NCBI RefSeq assembly: GCF_006345805.1
Contig: NC_043008.1
Coordinates: 19,592,001-19,656,000 of the forward strand
Direction: 5' to 3'
DNA from: Octopus sinensis
Lineage: Eukaryota
DNA length: 64,000 bases
Below the pieces are notes generated by a model, which had not been told where the DNA came from, searched no databases, and worked only from the letters and a program-made list of their open reading frames with translations. Both the position numbers and the translations under genes were made by a program. Of the stretch, positions 40,014 through 52,980 are shown one piece after another. How positions within the stretch are numbered: the first letter of the stretch is position 1; each line of letters begins with the position of its first letter.

Positions 40014-41596
40014 TCATCTATATAGAGATCCTCTGGCCCGATCATTAATCCGATCAGTGCTCTAAATTTTCTCCCAAATCTGCACCCTTTAGACACTACA
40101 TAATTGCATAGTTTTCACAAAGTTAATTGAATTGACAATAACATATCTAATAGAGTGAATTGCAATACTATTTTAATCAACAAAAACCCCATCTGTAATG
40201 GGAGTTATTACACATATAAATATAGTTTCCTGGAAATAATTTAATTGTAGCTATAACACGTTAATTGATTCGTCTTATGTTGAGGCGAGTTAACGTTGAA
40301 GAAAAGTTCGCAATACAAAATACAAAAATATCACACAAAAATTCACGGGGCCTGTAGACTTCAAATTTCTCCTACTGGCCCTTCCGGCCACAAAAAAGTT
40401 TCCAGTTTAACACCAGTTATATTAATCTCACATGCTAGGGAGTACATATAAATAATATGGCTCTTATCTATTTAAATTTTGCAAAATGCAGTAAAACTTT
40501 CTTAAATATTGAAGACTGTGCGTATTAAATTTGGAGTATATCATACAACTAACTTTGATATAAATTTAGAACATAAAATGACATCCGCAATGTTTCAGCG
40601 AAAAAGAACATAACGATAAATAAATAATGTATTCTATTTGAGAAAAATTAATTTAACATATCTAAGACTTGTATGTCATCTGTTTTCTCTATAAGCTTTG
40701 ACTCCTAACGAGTAGCTTGTCGTAGTAAATGACGCCTTAATTAAAATGACATTTCTAATAAGTGATTTCTGAGAACGTACATCCAAGATAAGTATCTGAT
40801 TCTAGACATAAGAAGCCTTAAAACACATATAGGTATACACAAATACGTGTGAACAAACGCATATTCATATATGTCTTATAATGTACAGCTTCATTAATAT
40901 CTAAAGATTGTGCAACAAATTGCTTAAAAGATTTCCATTCAATATTAAGCCATTCTTGATGAGATCAGACAACATTTACTTAACCAATCTATCAACTTTT
41001 GTTAATGCCTAAAAAATGTAGGTTCGTGCTGCATAGGCAGCCATCGAATTTTGTATCGGAAAGGCTTCTTCAGCCCTATATTTACATGCTTTTATTTAGA
41101 TTTACTTGCTTCAAAAACCATGTTCCCAGGGATATTTATCAATTCTTATGACGGCAACAATATATATAAAAGTATATGTGTGTAGATATATATTTATATA
41201 TGTAAGTTTACGTAAGTCTGTGTTTGTGTGTGTGTGTGTGGTGGGTATGCTCTCCTCAACAGCGTTATGGCTTCTTGAGTTTATGGAATTTCACAATTCA
41301 GGAAATTATATATTATACCTGATATTCAAATTTCCAGAATTCGAAAGCTACATTTCCTTCCAGGCAAAATGGGTCCTTTCCAGGGGTGTATATATGTGCG
41401 TGTATGTAAATTATGTTGTATTAGAATGATTATCCACCTATCTGTCTGTCTATTTGCCTGCCTGTCTATTTGCTTGCCTGTCTGTCTAGTCTATCTATAT
41501 CTGTCTCTCCATCAATTTCTATGTTTTATTACATCCTCCACACTCACACACGTATACATCAACATTGATCATCACAACTATCTGCGAACAATACTG

Positions 41597-41780
41597 ACTC
41601 AAAGAACATCAACACCAACGCCTATACAACGACCATAATTCCAAACACACCAACACCGACTCAAAGAACATCAACACCAACGCCTATACAACGACCATAA
41701 TTCCAAACACACCAACACCGACTCAAAGAACATCAACACCAACGCCTATACAACGACCATAATTCCAAACACACCAACAC
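41597..41780. repeat. 62-bp minisatellite, three identical copies
   Basis: actcaaagaacatcaacaccaacgcctatacaacgaccataattccaaacacaccaacaccg at 41597, 41659 and 41721 (last copy lacks the final 2 nt). Confidence 0.95.
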
Positions 41781-41920
41781 ATTCGTGAACAAACCTTACA
41801 GCAACAATATAAGCAACACTAACTAAAATGATAACAATGACAACTGATAATTTGTTAAGTAAGGTCACTTTTAAAAAATGAATGGAATGCTCCCGGAAAA
41901 GCATACATATATGTGTCAAT

Positions 41921-42150
41921 AGGCGGCGACCTGGCAGAAACGTTAGCGTGCCGGGCCAAATACTTAGCGGTATTTCGTCTGCTGTTACGTTCTGAGTTCA
42001 AATTCCGCCCAGGTCAACTTTGCCTTTCATCCTTTCGGGGTCGATGAATAAAGTACCAGTTTCGCACTGGGGTCGATGTAATCGACTTAATCCTTTTGTC
42101 TGTCCTTGTTTGTCCCCTATATGTTTAGCCCCTTGTGGGCAATAAAGAAA
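41921..42150 (+). mobile_element. SINE family B (partial plus copies also at ~26075, ~29312, ~36330, ~42320, ~50150, ~56590)
   Basis: Shared ttctgagttcaaattccgccgaggtcgactttgcctttcatcctttcggggtcgat core. Confidence 0.9.
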
Positions 42151-43029
42151 TATATATGTGTCAATATGGAGCAATACAGCTAATAGGTAAAAGTTGAACA
42201 CCATCATCATCATCATCAACGATACTATCACCATCACAAACACTACTATCAACGCGAAAACCAATACAATCAATACTACAGTTCCTACTAACCCTCGAAA
42301 TTTTGGATGACCAATTTCAAAGGACATTTTCTTTCATCCATTCTGGGTCGATTAAAATAAGTAGCAGCTGAGCACTGAAGTTGGTGTAATCGATTTTTCC
42401 CTTCTTCTAAATGGCTGGCAAAAATTTCAAACCAATAATAACGTCAATATGGTAGCAACGTCTCGAGCCACAGATGTTTTATAGCAAAGGAAAGATTTTT
42501 TTCTGTGCCTGTGTCCGTAAAGTGTAGATATTTATGGCTCAACTCCAAAGGTGCAAATGGTGAAGTGGCTATGAACCTAGTAACCCTTCAGATATCTGTA
42601 ATAATACAGTATTTTCTCCAACTTCATCCTTTCCTTTCTCATTCCATTCTTAAATCCATAGGAATATAAAAATGTTTTACTCTCACAAACAGTACTTTCC
42701 TCCTCCTATATCTTACTACATATTGTTGAAAGCCTCCGCTATTGGCTTTACCTACAGTTCAAGATGTCTAGAAAGAAAACATCAAGGGAAACTGAAGGAC
42801 GTAATGCATTAAGAAACCATAAACCATAAAAGGATTGCGCTGGATATTAAGCTTGACTCCTGAAAAAAGGTTTGATGTGAGAGAAGGAAATCAACCGCAT
42901 TAAACGTTAAAGCTTGCAAAGTAAAAACAACACGTAAAACAATACGTAAAACAATACGTAACAATAGAGAAAAATGCTAAACAAATTACTCAACCCACAT
43001 CTCGGTCCCCCATTTTTGCACTCATCTAA

Positions 43030-43490
43030 TTGGATACATCAAACGTGACGGTTGCTGGGCGTATGAATCGATGATTTGTCTCGAATCCTGGCGCCAATTA
43101 GCACAAGAGAAATTATGGAAAAAATTAAAAAAACATGAATATATTGTAGGACAGTTTTCAGATGCCAACCTCCGAAAAAAATGAAGCGTTTCACGAAAAG
43201 CTTTTTCTTGTTATAAAGGCTGGTTTCAAAGTTTGAAGAAGTTTTCGACTTGCACAACAAAACGATGACAAAAATGGCCAATAAAACTCCTATTTTTGAT
43301 ACAAATGCTGCTCCAAATGTCTTGCGCAACTGGGAAAAAATTTGCTGGAGCAATTCTGCAGGTTTGATGAAACTCCACTTTTATTGAAGTTCATGTCTAC
43401 TAGATATTTTTTATTTCCTGAATCGAAAAAAATAACACAAGGATTTAAAGTTTCCAAACAATCGTCTGGCGCTTCTGGGAAGAAATGGCT
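43030..43490 (+). mobile_element. pogo/Tigger transposase remnant
   Basis: YKGWFQSLKK (CENP-B HTH, cf. GWFERFKK) and EQFCRFDETPLLLKFMSTRYF...QGFKVSK (cf. QVFNADETGLFWKRMP...PGFKVSK). Confidence 0.7.
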
Positions 43491-44196
43491 TTGGAGATCA
43501 AATCTCCTACACATCTAAAGTTTTTGAAGAGTTACGCAACGTTTAATTTCGTGATTAATAAATAAATTTCGTGTTTAAATAAATAGATGTGTCTAAGAAC
43601 CTTTTCCAAATATTTTCGTCCAGCTGTAGAAGGGAACCATAAACTATTTCGAACAAAGCGTTGCTTCTTCTAACCGCTGCAACAAGCCACCTGGTGAACT
43701 TAAATGAACCTTCTGTGAATGTGAATATAGAATATATGCCCCAAGAATACAAGACGAGTAACTAAATTGCTTCCGGTTTCTTTATCTGTTGATGCGGTCA
43801 GTGTACATATAAATTGATACAGTGAGTGTGTAGGCGCGATGCTTTTCTGGTCCTCTGTCACCGCTTTACAACTAAAGCTGAATTTTCTTTATACTCCTAT
43901 AACATAGTAGCTTATCGGAATAGTCTTATGGGATAAGCAACGGACTTAAAGCAATAACGAATTGATAGGCTAAACCATTGAAAGCCTTGCCCAATATGAC
44001 TGCAATCTGCTGACTGGAACAAATAATAAAAGAAAATATATGTGATAGAGAGATAATTTCAAGAGATTAATTTGTTTAATAAATTGTTACCGCTGGTGTA
44101 GGCTGTTGTCTGTATTGTTGTCTATAAGGCTAGATATTTTGGAGGAGTATCGGTCGGTTATATCAAGTGATGCTATATCTTATTGTATCTAGCATA

Positions 44197-44712
44197 CACT
44201 GTAAATCCTCGAGTATAATCCGCATTTTTTCCCAAAAATTTAAAGGTCAAAATCCCTAGATCGTACTATATACGAGGTTAAAAATGAAAGTTATTTTCTA
44301 AGCAATGTCCGAGTCTCTATTTGCTGTTCGGCAATGTTTATTCAGACGCATTTTGTGATGTCAGGCATGAAAATACCTTAAGCTAAGCCTGAAAGCAATG
44401 AAGTCATAAAAGAATCAGCCATAACTTGCAGTAAGCAACATTTATTAAACATTATTATTGTTATTTCTTTATTTTCTGCAAACAAAATGTACAAAAAAGC
44501 TACACGTTTGCATTACGTTACATGTACGATAATAATAAAGGGCGTTACCGTATACATTTTTACAAAGCAAGGACGTTATATAGATCTCCTTGACTCAAGT
44601 TAGAGAAGGGGTGCGTATTATACACATGGTTTAGATTTTTCAGAGGTACAGACCCCTAAAAATCCCCTGCGTATTATACTCAAGGGCGGACTATACTCGA
44701 GGATTTATGGTA
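44197..44712. mobile_element. MITE with ~25-bp TIRs (Tc1/mariner-pogo type)
   Basis: ctgtaaatcctcgagtataatccgc and gcggactatactcgaggatttatgg-TA are inverted repeats; no ORF between. Confidence 0.8.
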
Positions 44713-45688
44713 TGTGATCGCAGCGTGACTTCAAGTCAGAATTTAAAACGGCGAATAAATATCCCAAAGTATTTTCCCCGTTACTCTAACGAATGTACTA
44801 ATCAACCATATTTAGTGCAATTACGTGGATTGGGAATGTCTAAAACACATTGTTAACACGTAAAACATCGCAACACACATACAGTAACATATATATAATA
44901 TAATTAATTACTGATCTCGTGTACGGTATAATGGAAACGAAATCAAACAAATGAAAGCGAATTTAATGAAGAATAAAACAATGCAATAACAATACAATTA
45001 CAAAGATAATTTAACAGATGATATGTTCACAATAACGAATCAGACGAGAATAAAATCAAAGAAGAGGCGGGGAAATATTAATAAAAACAAACAAAAAATC
45101 TGAACATCAGAAACAACACTAACAAAAAAGGAATAAAAACCGAAACAAATCAAAAATACAAATGGATGAAAATAATAAACAAATAAATTAAAAGTTAAAA
45201 TGTTTGGTAATATTTCTGAATTATCTTGGTTAATTAGTATGTAATTTAGATTGTACTTATTTCTAACTGTAAGTTAGACATCACTAGTATTGTTTATGAT
45301 TAGCTCGCATGACTCAATTAATTTCTGCTTTTTTTTATATATGTTTTGCAAGCAATGCTAAGCATAGATTTTTTTCTATATGTTTAATTAAACTCTATCA
45401 GAATTGCCGAATGAAACGTAACTAATTTTAATGTACACAATTTTCATTTGTAATTATATTTATGCAACCATATATATACGCTTTGCGTATCTTTGTAAGA
45501 CAAAAGAATGTATCTGAATTTGTGTATACGGATGCATGTATACACACACACACATGTATACATTTATATATTTACAAACACACACACATATGTATATATA
45601 TATATACACACGCTCACAAACACATATATTTCGTCTATAGATTATTGTTTTACTAATAATACATACATACGTACATATATATATATAT

Positions 45689-45729
<41 letters not shown>

Positions 45730-46721
45730 CTTCTAATATAGGATGAAGCTTTTTTACAGAAAAAAAATTTCATCAAAAAATGTGGCAGCATATTAACATA
45801 CCTGTAAGGTTAAAATTATAAACAACTTATAAACAAGGGCTAAAGAATAATATTTCTATACCAATATGCTGATAACAGACTTTTAAATCGTCAATTTCCA
45901 CATATTATTTACTCGCTACAGAAAACACGTAGAGCTGAAATCTAGGAAAGCTAGCGAACATAATTTTTTAAAAAGTTCGTTATTTTTTTATTGAATCAAT
46001 TTCGGAATTAATCTCATAATAGATTTTTTTCTCTTCAGTAGAAAGTACGAAAAGACATAAATGAAATATTTACATGCGCCCATGGAAAAAAGCGGAAGCA
46101 AAAATCATGAGTACTTATAAGTATCCCAGATACATCGTAAAGTTGTGAGTTCAATTTCCCGTGACCCATTGTGTTCTGAAGTAAAACACTTTATTTTACG
46201 TTGCTTCAGTCAACTCAGCTAGCAAAAATGAGTAGTACCCGTATTTCAAAAGGGCCAGCCTGTTCACATTCTGTATCACTGAGAAACTCTTCTAGAACTA
46301 CATTAAGGGTACACATATCTGTGGAGTACTCAGTCACTTGCAAGTTAATTTCACGAGCTGGCTGTTCTGTTGATCGGATCAACTTGGACACGCGTCGTCA
46401 TAACCGATGGAGTGTCAGTTATTCCTTAAGGCGCGCGGCCTAGCGTTTAGTTTACTTAGCTGGAGGTCATCATATAGGTATTTCATTTGTGGTACAGAGG
46501 GTAACACTCTGTCCTTGAGCAAGGCACTACATTGCATGTTGCTCTGGTCTATTTAGCTGCAAATTAGAGCCCCTCACAGTCACTGATTAATAATCAAATA
46601 TATAAACATAACATCGTTAGGAGATTCACTAATTACATAATACTTGCACATCTTCACGAAATTATGCATACGCACCCACATATACATATATAAATATATA
46701 CACATACAGACACACACATGC

Positions 46722-46777
<56 letters not shown>

Positions 46778-48227
46778 GTGTGTGTGAGTGTATGTTTATA
46801 TATACATATTTATATAATTGAACGCATGTAAGCGTCTGTGTGTACGTCACTGACGCAAGCACACACATATACAACTCATGCACACACTCATATATAACTC
46901 ATACACACACACATATATATATATATTCATGTGAATTGACGTGTATGCATAGATGTACATCTACTACTGTTGGACATGTTTCGATATAGGGACTTCAATA
47001 ACGAATAACTGGTTAATTATACAATATTTCACATTGTTATTCTAATTAAGTGAATCATTGACTTATTAAGGAGAGCCATATTCTACAGAAACCGCCGGCT
47101 AAATTAGATGCAATTGTGTACACGAGAGAGAAAGGAGTTGTGTTCAATAGAGAAAGAAGGAGAAGGCGGAGTGATACAATGCATGAGTGAGTTTCAGAAA
47201 GGATTAGCAAGTGACGGTCGTTGATGTTTATAATGAGAATACGGACGACCATAAAATTATGCAATAACAACGAGAGCAACAACAAAAACAACACCCAAAA
47301 GAATAGATTAAGTGTAATTATAGCATTAATCTTCATATTTCAATATCTTGTAGGGGGTTCACACTAAAAGTTAACTTAGAAATGAGGCAATTTGCTGAAT
47401 AGATTTGTGGGGCAGGTCGTGTGCACTATTACCAGTCGTCACCCGCCAGTCATTATATTAGGCTGTCTCGATGCTTCAGCTCTTCCATAGCTGGAGCCAT
47501 CCAATCTGATGAATAGTAATGAACATTGAACGTGTCGAAGCTAAATGAGAAGGCATTGGGTTACGAATGTCGACGATTATAAATATAAATTACAAAGCCG
47601 ATTTTAAACATTGTATTTCAGTTTTCCCCTTCATAGAGCTCTGCGTGTTAAAAAGTAAAGAAAAAATAGTTTGGGTTCATAAAAACACAGCACACGCTGA
47701 CGCCATAGATTAGCAAATAAAATTCTTTATTCATTTGGAATGACATACACTTGAAAGACGTGTGTGTATGTGTTTGCGCATGTGTGTGTGTGTATGTGTG
47801 TATGTGTGTGTGTGTGTGTGTATTTTGCCTGTAAAATATAAACGTCATTATTTTCTGTGTCCTGCTTTCATATGTCATTAACCGAATCACAATTATTACC
47901 ATCGGTAATACAATTATTATTACTTCTACAACATCGATACCATCATCAACACAGAGACCATCCTAATTATTGTTTTTAAATTTCAATTTTTTTAGCATGC
48001 GATATTCGTTCGGGGCGCCTTCATTCTTTCTCTGAGCAACTCTCAACTTTAAGCACAAATGTTACTCCATTGCTTAGCAAAAATTCACAATTACTAGAAA
48101 ATAAAACAAAATTAGTACATCGTATCCTCCAGACATAGAACTAATGTAATAATTTGAAGAATATGTTAATAATTAGACGAGCATCGTTTTCTGCATTGTT
48201 CAATGATTAGATTTTTCGTTACTTCAG

Positions 48228-48360
48228 CTAAATCACGAAGACGAGAATCCATAAAAGCACAGCTGGATTATGAACCAGAACTAGCGCAGTCAAAGAAGCG
48301 CGAGTTGCCTGTGATCAATTGCTGTATCATCCCGGCCTCTCAGATTGAGACAGGTAAAAG
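48228..48360 (+). CDS. Juxtamembrane cytoplasmic exon E (TKSRRRESIKAQLDYEPELAQSKKRELPVINCCIIPASQIETGK)
   Basis: Acceptor tttcgttacttcAG, donor AG|GTAAGC; phase 1 to 2; basic KSRRR follows the TM (positive-inside rule). Confidence 0.75.
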
Positions 48361-48404
48361 GTAAGCGTTTATATGGATCTATGTCTTTGTTCTTCGTCTA
48401 TAAT

Positions 48405-49017
48405 CTTTTCTACTCTAGGAACAAGGCACAAAATTTTGGGGGAGGAGGCCAGTCGATTAGATCGATCCCAGTACGCAACTGGTACTTAATTCATCAACAC
48501 CGTGGGGATGAAAGGTAAAGTAGACCTCGGCGGAATTTAAACTTAGAACTTAAAGACAGACGAAGTACCGCTAAGCTTTACGCCCGGCCTGCTAATGTTT
48601 CTTATTTCTTTATTGCCCACAAGGGGCTAAACATAGAGGGGGGAAACAAGGACAGACAAAGTGATTAAGTCGATTACATCGACCCCAGTGCGTAAGTGGT
48701 ACTTAATTTATCGACCCCGAAAGAATGAAAGGCAAAGTCGACCTCGGCGGAATTTGAACAAAGAACGTAAAGATAGACGAAATACCTATTTCTTTACTAC
48801 CCACAAGGGGCTAAACACGGAGAGGACAAGCAAGGACAGACAAACGGATTTAGTCGATTATATCAACCCCAGTGCGTAACTGGTTCTTAATTTATCGACC
48901 GCGAAAGGATGAAAGGCAAAGTCGACCTCGGTGGAATTTGAACTCAGAACGTAACGGCAGAAGAAATACGGCTACGCATTTCGCCCGACACGCTAACGTT
49001 TCTGCCAGCTCGCCGCC
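48405..49017 (-). mobile_element. SINE family B with triplicated body, inverted
   Basis: Three consecutive aaaggcaaagtcgacctcggcggaatttgaac-like blocks; heads at ~48590 and ~49017. Confidence 0.9.
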
Positions 49018-49194
49018 GTGTTCTCCGTCTATAATAGTGAATACAACTAATTTATTAAAAATATTGACTGTACATCTTTTATCTTATATCATCACTCAAT
49101 TATTCCTTTCAGTCAATCGTCTCCAGACGTACTATACCGCACACATAACGAGTTAAATGGAACAAATCAATCTCAGCACTTATTTTCCATCGGT

Positions 49195-49478
49195 ACATGT
49201 TGCAGAAACGCTAATGTTACTCGAACATAAACAAACCAATAACGGTTGTCGAGCGGTGATAGGGGACAAACACTACACAAATACAAAGACATGCACACGC
49301 GCACACACATTCGACAGGTTTCCATAGAGCCTCCGTCTACCAAATTCACTTACAAAACATTGGTCGACCCGAGGCTACAGCAGAAGATACTTTCTCAAAA
49401 TACTGTGCAGTGAAATTGAATTCGAAACCATATACTTGCAAAGCGAGCTTCTTAACCGTAACAACATGCCTGCGCCTA
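49195..49478 (-). mobile_element. Old degraded family A SINE (similar degraded minus copies at ~3080-3290 and ~53725-54030)
   Basis: Residual ccgtctaccaaattcact...gaggcta..agaagatactt...cctgcgccta. Confidence 0.65.
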
Positions 49479-49914
49479 ACAACACAGCCATGCTTGCTCC
49501 TGAAGATTTTACAACTGTATCGCATGTCTCTCCAGTTTTAGTTTCGACTATCTATCAAAGGAAGCAGATAATACGACCTTCTACAAAGCAGAAAAGAACT
49601 ATAGTCAAGCGCTAGTTATGAAATTTAGAGATCTTTCCAAAATCACAATGATTTCTCACAAAAATATAGAATTTTCTTAGCCCATTCAACAAAGTATTTT
49701 GATTAGTTATGCAAAATGTTTTCTTTCAATAAATCAATAATCGACTGGTTCATAATTGGCTCCGTATTTACAAGCAAGTCATGCATTTCTGTAGAGTAAG
49801 CACTTTGTAATATGCAATAATGAATTGCTTTACACATTCATTCACACACTCACATCTATCTGTCGGTCTGACTAACTATCTATATATTTATCATGATGAT
49901 GTCGACGATCATCA

Positions 49915-49915
49915 T

Positions 49916-50002
<87 letters not shown>

Positions 50003-50065
50003 CACTGTTGCTGCTACTACTACTACTACTACTACTACTACTATTATTATTACTACTACCACCAA

Positions 50066-50106
<41 letters not shown>

Positions 50107-50351
50107 GTACTACTACTACCGCTTCCGCTGCTGCTGCCGCTGCAGTAGCGGCGGCGAGCTGGCAGAGTCTTTAGCACGGTGTGTATAAAAGGCTTAGTAG
50201 TATTTGATCCGTCTTTATGTTCTGAGTTCAAATTCCGCCGAGGGCGACTTTACCTTTCATTTTCTCAGGGTCAATAAAATAAGAACCAGCAGGGGACTGC
50301 GGTCGATGCATTCGAGCTGTTGGCGTTTTTGTTGTTGTTGTTGTTGTTGTT

Positions 50352-50383
<32 letters not shown>

Positions 50384-50427
50384 ATCCATCATCATCATTT
50401 TTATCATCATCATCATCATCATCATCA

Positions 50428-50475
<48 letters not shown>

Positions 50476-50500
50476 TATTATTATTATTATTATTATTATT
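49915..50500. repeat. Compound trinucleotide arrays (CTA)n, (GTT)n, (ATC)n, (ATT)n
   Basis: Direct inspection; source of the poly-Y/T/H ORFs. Confidence 0.97.
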
Positions 50501-51027
50501 TAGGCGGTGAGAATATCAGAATCGTTAGCCGGCCGGAGGGAAATGCTTGACAGTATTTCGTCGTTACTACGTACTGTGTTCATATTCCCTCGAGGTTAAC
50601 TTTGCCTTTCATCCTTTTGGTGCTGAAAAATAAGTGCCATTTAAGTACCGGGGGCGATGTAATAAACTATCCCTTTTCCCGAAATTTCAGGCCTTGTACC
50701 TAATAGTAGAAAATATTATATTATTATTATTATTATTTATTATTATTATTATATTATTATTATTATTATTATTATTATATTATTATTATTATTATTATTA
50801 TTATATTTAGGCGGTGAGAATATCAGAATCGTTAGCCGGCCGGAGGGAAATGCTTGACAGTATTTCGTCGTTACTACGTACTGTGTTCATATTCCCTCGA
50901 GGTTAACTTTGCCTTTCATCCTTTTGGTGCTGAAAAATTAAGTGCCATTTAAGTACCGGGGGCGATGTAATAAACTATCCCTTTTCCCGAAATTTCAGGC
51001 CTTGTACCTAATAGTAGAAAATATTAT
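50500..51027 (+). repeat. Near-identical ~307-bp tandem duplication of a diverged family B SINE plus (ATT)n
   Basis: 50500-50720 and 50807-51027 differ by about one base in the SINE part. Confidence 0.9.
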
Positions 51028-51037
51028 ATTATTATTA

Positions 51038-51129
<92 letters not shown>

Positions 51130-51130
51130 T

Positions 51131-52020
51131 TTATCATCTGACAAAAACTGTCTGCTTATTTTCCTGGGTATGTTGGAATGTGTCAGCTGCCCACAGCCAC
51201 AAGGTTATAGTTATGATTGTTTATTCAAGAACCCTGCAGAGAAGTCTGGCATTTCCAAGCAATGGTGATTTTTGTGGGAGTTCTATCTTTACATTTGTAC
51301 CAATCTTTTTGTTAGTTCAATGCTGATACTCCCAAGCATGCCAGCCACTATTGGTGCCATGTCTACTCTCCTCATTGACCACATCCTTCGTATTTGTTTA
51401 CTTTTTCTTCTTCTTTGCCTTTGGTCATGTTATCACCGGGGCATGCTATGTACATTATCGTGCAATTTTGGTTCCTTTTTTTAAATTCAAAAATGTCCGG
51501 TTTCCGATGTCCAATTTAAGGGTCACACTGAATCATTGCATCCCACAGGATTTTGCAGGTTTCATTCTCAGTAACTCCTTGTATTTGTTCATACCAGCTT
51601 TTTGCTCCTTGTAGAGCGTAATATGCACATAGTTCCCAATGGACCATTCTTGTCACGTTTTACTAACTTCAGGCATTCACTGACAATGCTCCTTACCGTT
51701 TTTACCCCCTCACCACACAAACTGCATTTGACGGTCTCAGTTGTGCAGCCGGTTCTACACTTCACATACACCACAATCATAGGTGCGTCACATGGTGATC
51801 TCATATCAAGATAAACAGCGCATGACCTGGCAGTTGTGGCCCACAAAGGGCTTTCCTCCAGTCGTGTAGTCCATCCCTCTCGAAAGTTGCCCTAACAAGG
51901 TTGTTTATGGATGATGAATGAAAGAGTATTGATTCCGGAGGTGAAGTATTCAATCCACAAAGAACTCCTCTCAACACATGGCCATGATGCTTCCCCACTG
52001 CATCTGCTCGTGATCAGAGT
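51131..52020 (-). mobile_element. R4/Dong-type (restriction-like endonuclease) non-LTR retrotransposon 3' fragment, decayed
   Basis: Minus strand GKHHGHVLR; KCSLCGEGVKTVRSIVSEC (remnant of CCHC knuckle); RRMWSMRRVDMAPIVAGMLG; LPQKSPLLGNARLLCRVLE* (stop 51221-23); 3' end runs into (TAA)n. Confidence 0.8.
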
Positions 52021-52216
52021 TGCATATATCCACAGCCACTAAGCAACATGAGAAACAGACACGAAAATCTGTTGCATTGTGCAAAATATTTACAGTTACC
52101 CATATTTTATACCAAGATAAACCATGTATATGCAAAAAACTTCCATCAGTTAAGATCCAAAGGCAAGACGGCCACTATCTGGTACTGCTTCAGGTTATTC
52201 TTGTCGTTGTTGTTGA

Positions 52217-52490
52217 TCTTCTTCTTCTTCTTCTTCTTCTTCTTCTTCTTCTTCTTCTTCTTCTTCTTCTCCTCCTTCTCCATCTTTCTCCATCTTCTTT
52301 CTTCTTTTTTCTTCTTCTTTTTTCTTCTTCTTCTTTTCCTCCTTTTCTTCTTTTTCCTCTTCTTCTTCTTCTTCTTCTTCTTCTTCTTCTTCTTCCTTTT
52401 CTTCTTACTCCTCCTCCTTCTTTCTTCTCCTTCTTTCTTCTTCTTCTTCTTCTTCTTTTCTTCTTCTTCTTCTCTTCTTCTTCTCCTAGC
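52217..52490. repeat. (CTT)n-rich polypyrimidine array
   Basis: Direct inspection. Confidence 0.97.
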
Positions 52491-52939
52491 TATTATTATT
52501 GTTATCGTTGATGGGTTTGAAATACTCTGTCGGAAATGTGTTGGGCAAATGGAGAATAAAGTAGAAACTACCGGAATAACGTATTGCAGTGTGATCGATA
52601 AGTGAATCTATCATTCGCTTCGAAATCACTCACTCACACGCTCATCTACTCACTCCTTCCCTCCTTTCTCTCTCTCTCTCTCTCTCTCTTACTCTCTCGC
52701 ATACACCGAACATATATGCATATATATGTATGCACTGAGGTTCAGATGCATGCACACACACACACACACATACGCTTATTTATATTTATACGCTCATACA
52801 TACACCCACACACAACCAGACATACACAAACACACGCGTCTAAATATATCGACAGAGTTAGCCAAAGAAGATGGGCGGGATAGAGAGAGAGAGAGCAGGA
52901 TACAGGGGGAGCAGGAGAGAGGGAGGGAACAAGACAGAA

Positions 52940-52980
<41 letters not shown>

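Noticed and set aside
41597-41780. CRISPR-like array
   Set aside because: Contiguous identical units with no spacers, in a eukaryotic context.
48228-48360. Receptor tyrosine kinase start (IIPASQIETGK resembles the pre-P-loop segment)
   Set aside because: No GxGxxG, HRD or DFG exon was found downstream; the phase-compatible next exon reads RFNLETL.
49820-52605. Poly-Y/T/S/H/L/F ORFs
   Set aside because: Translations of trinucleotide arrays.
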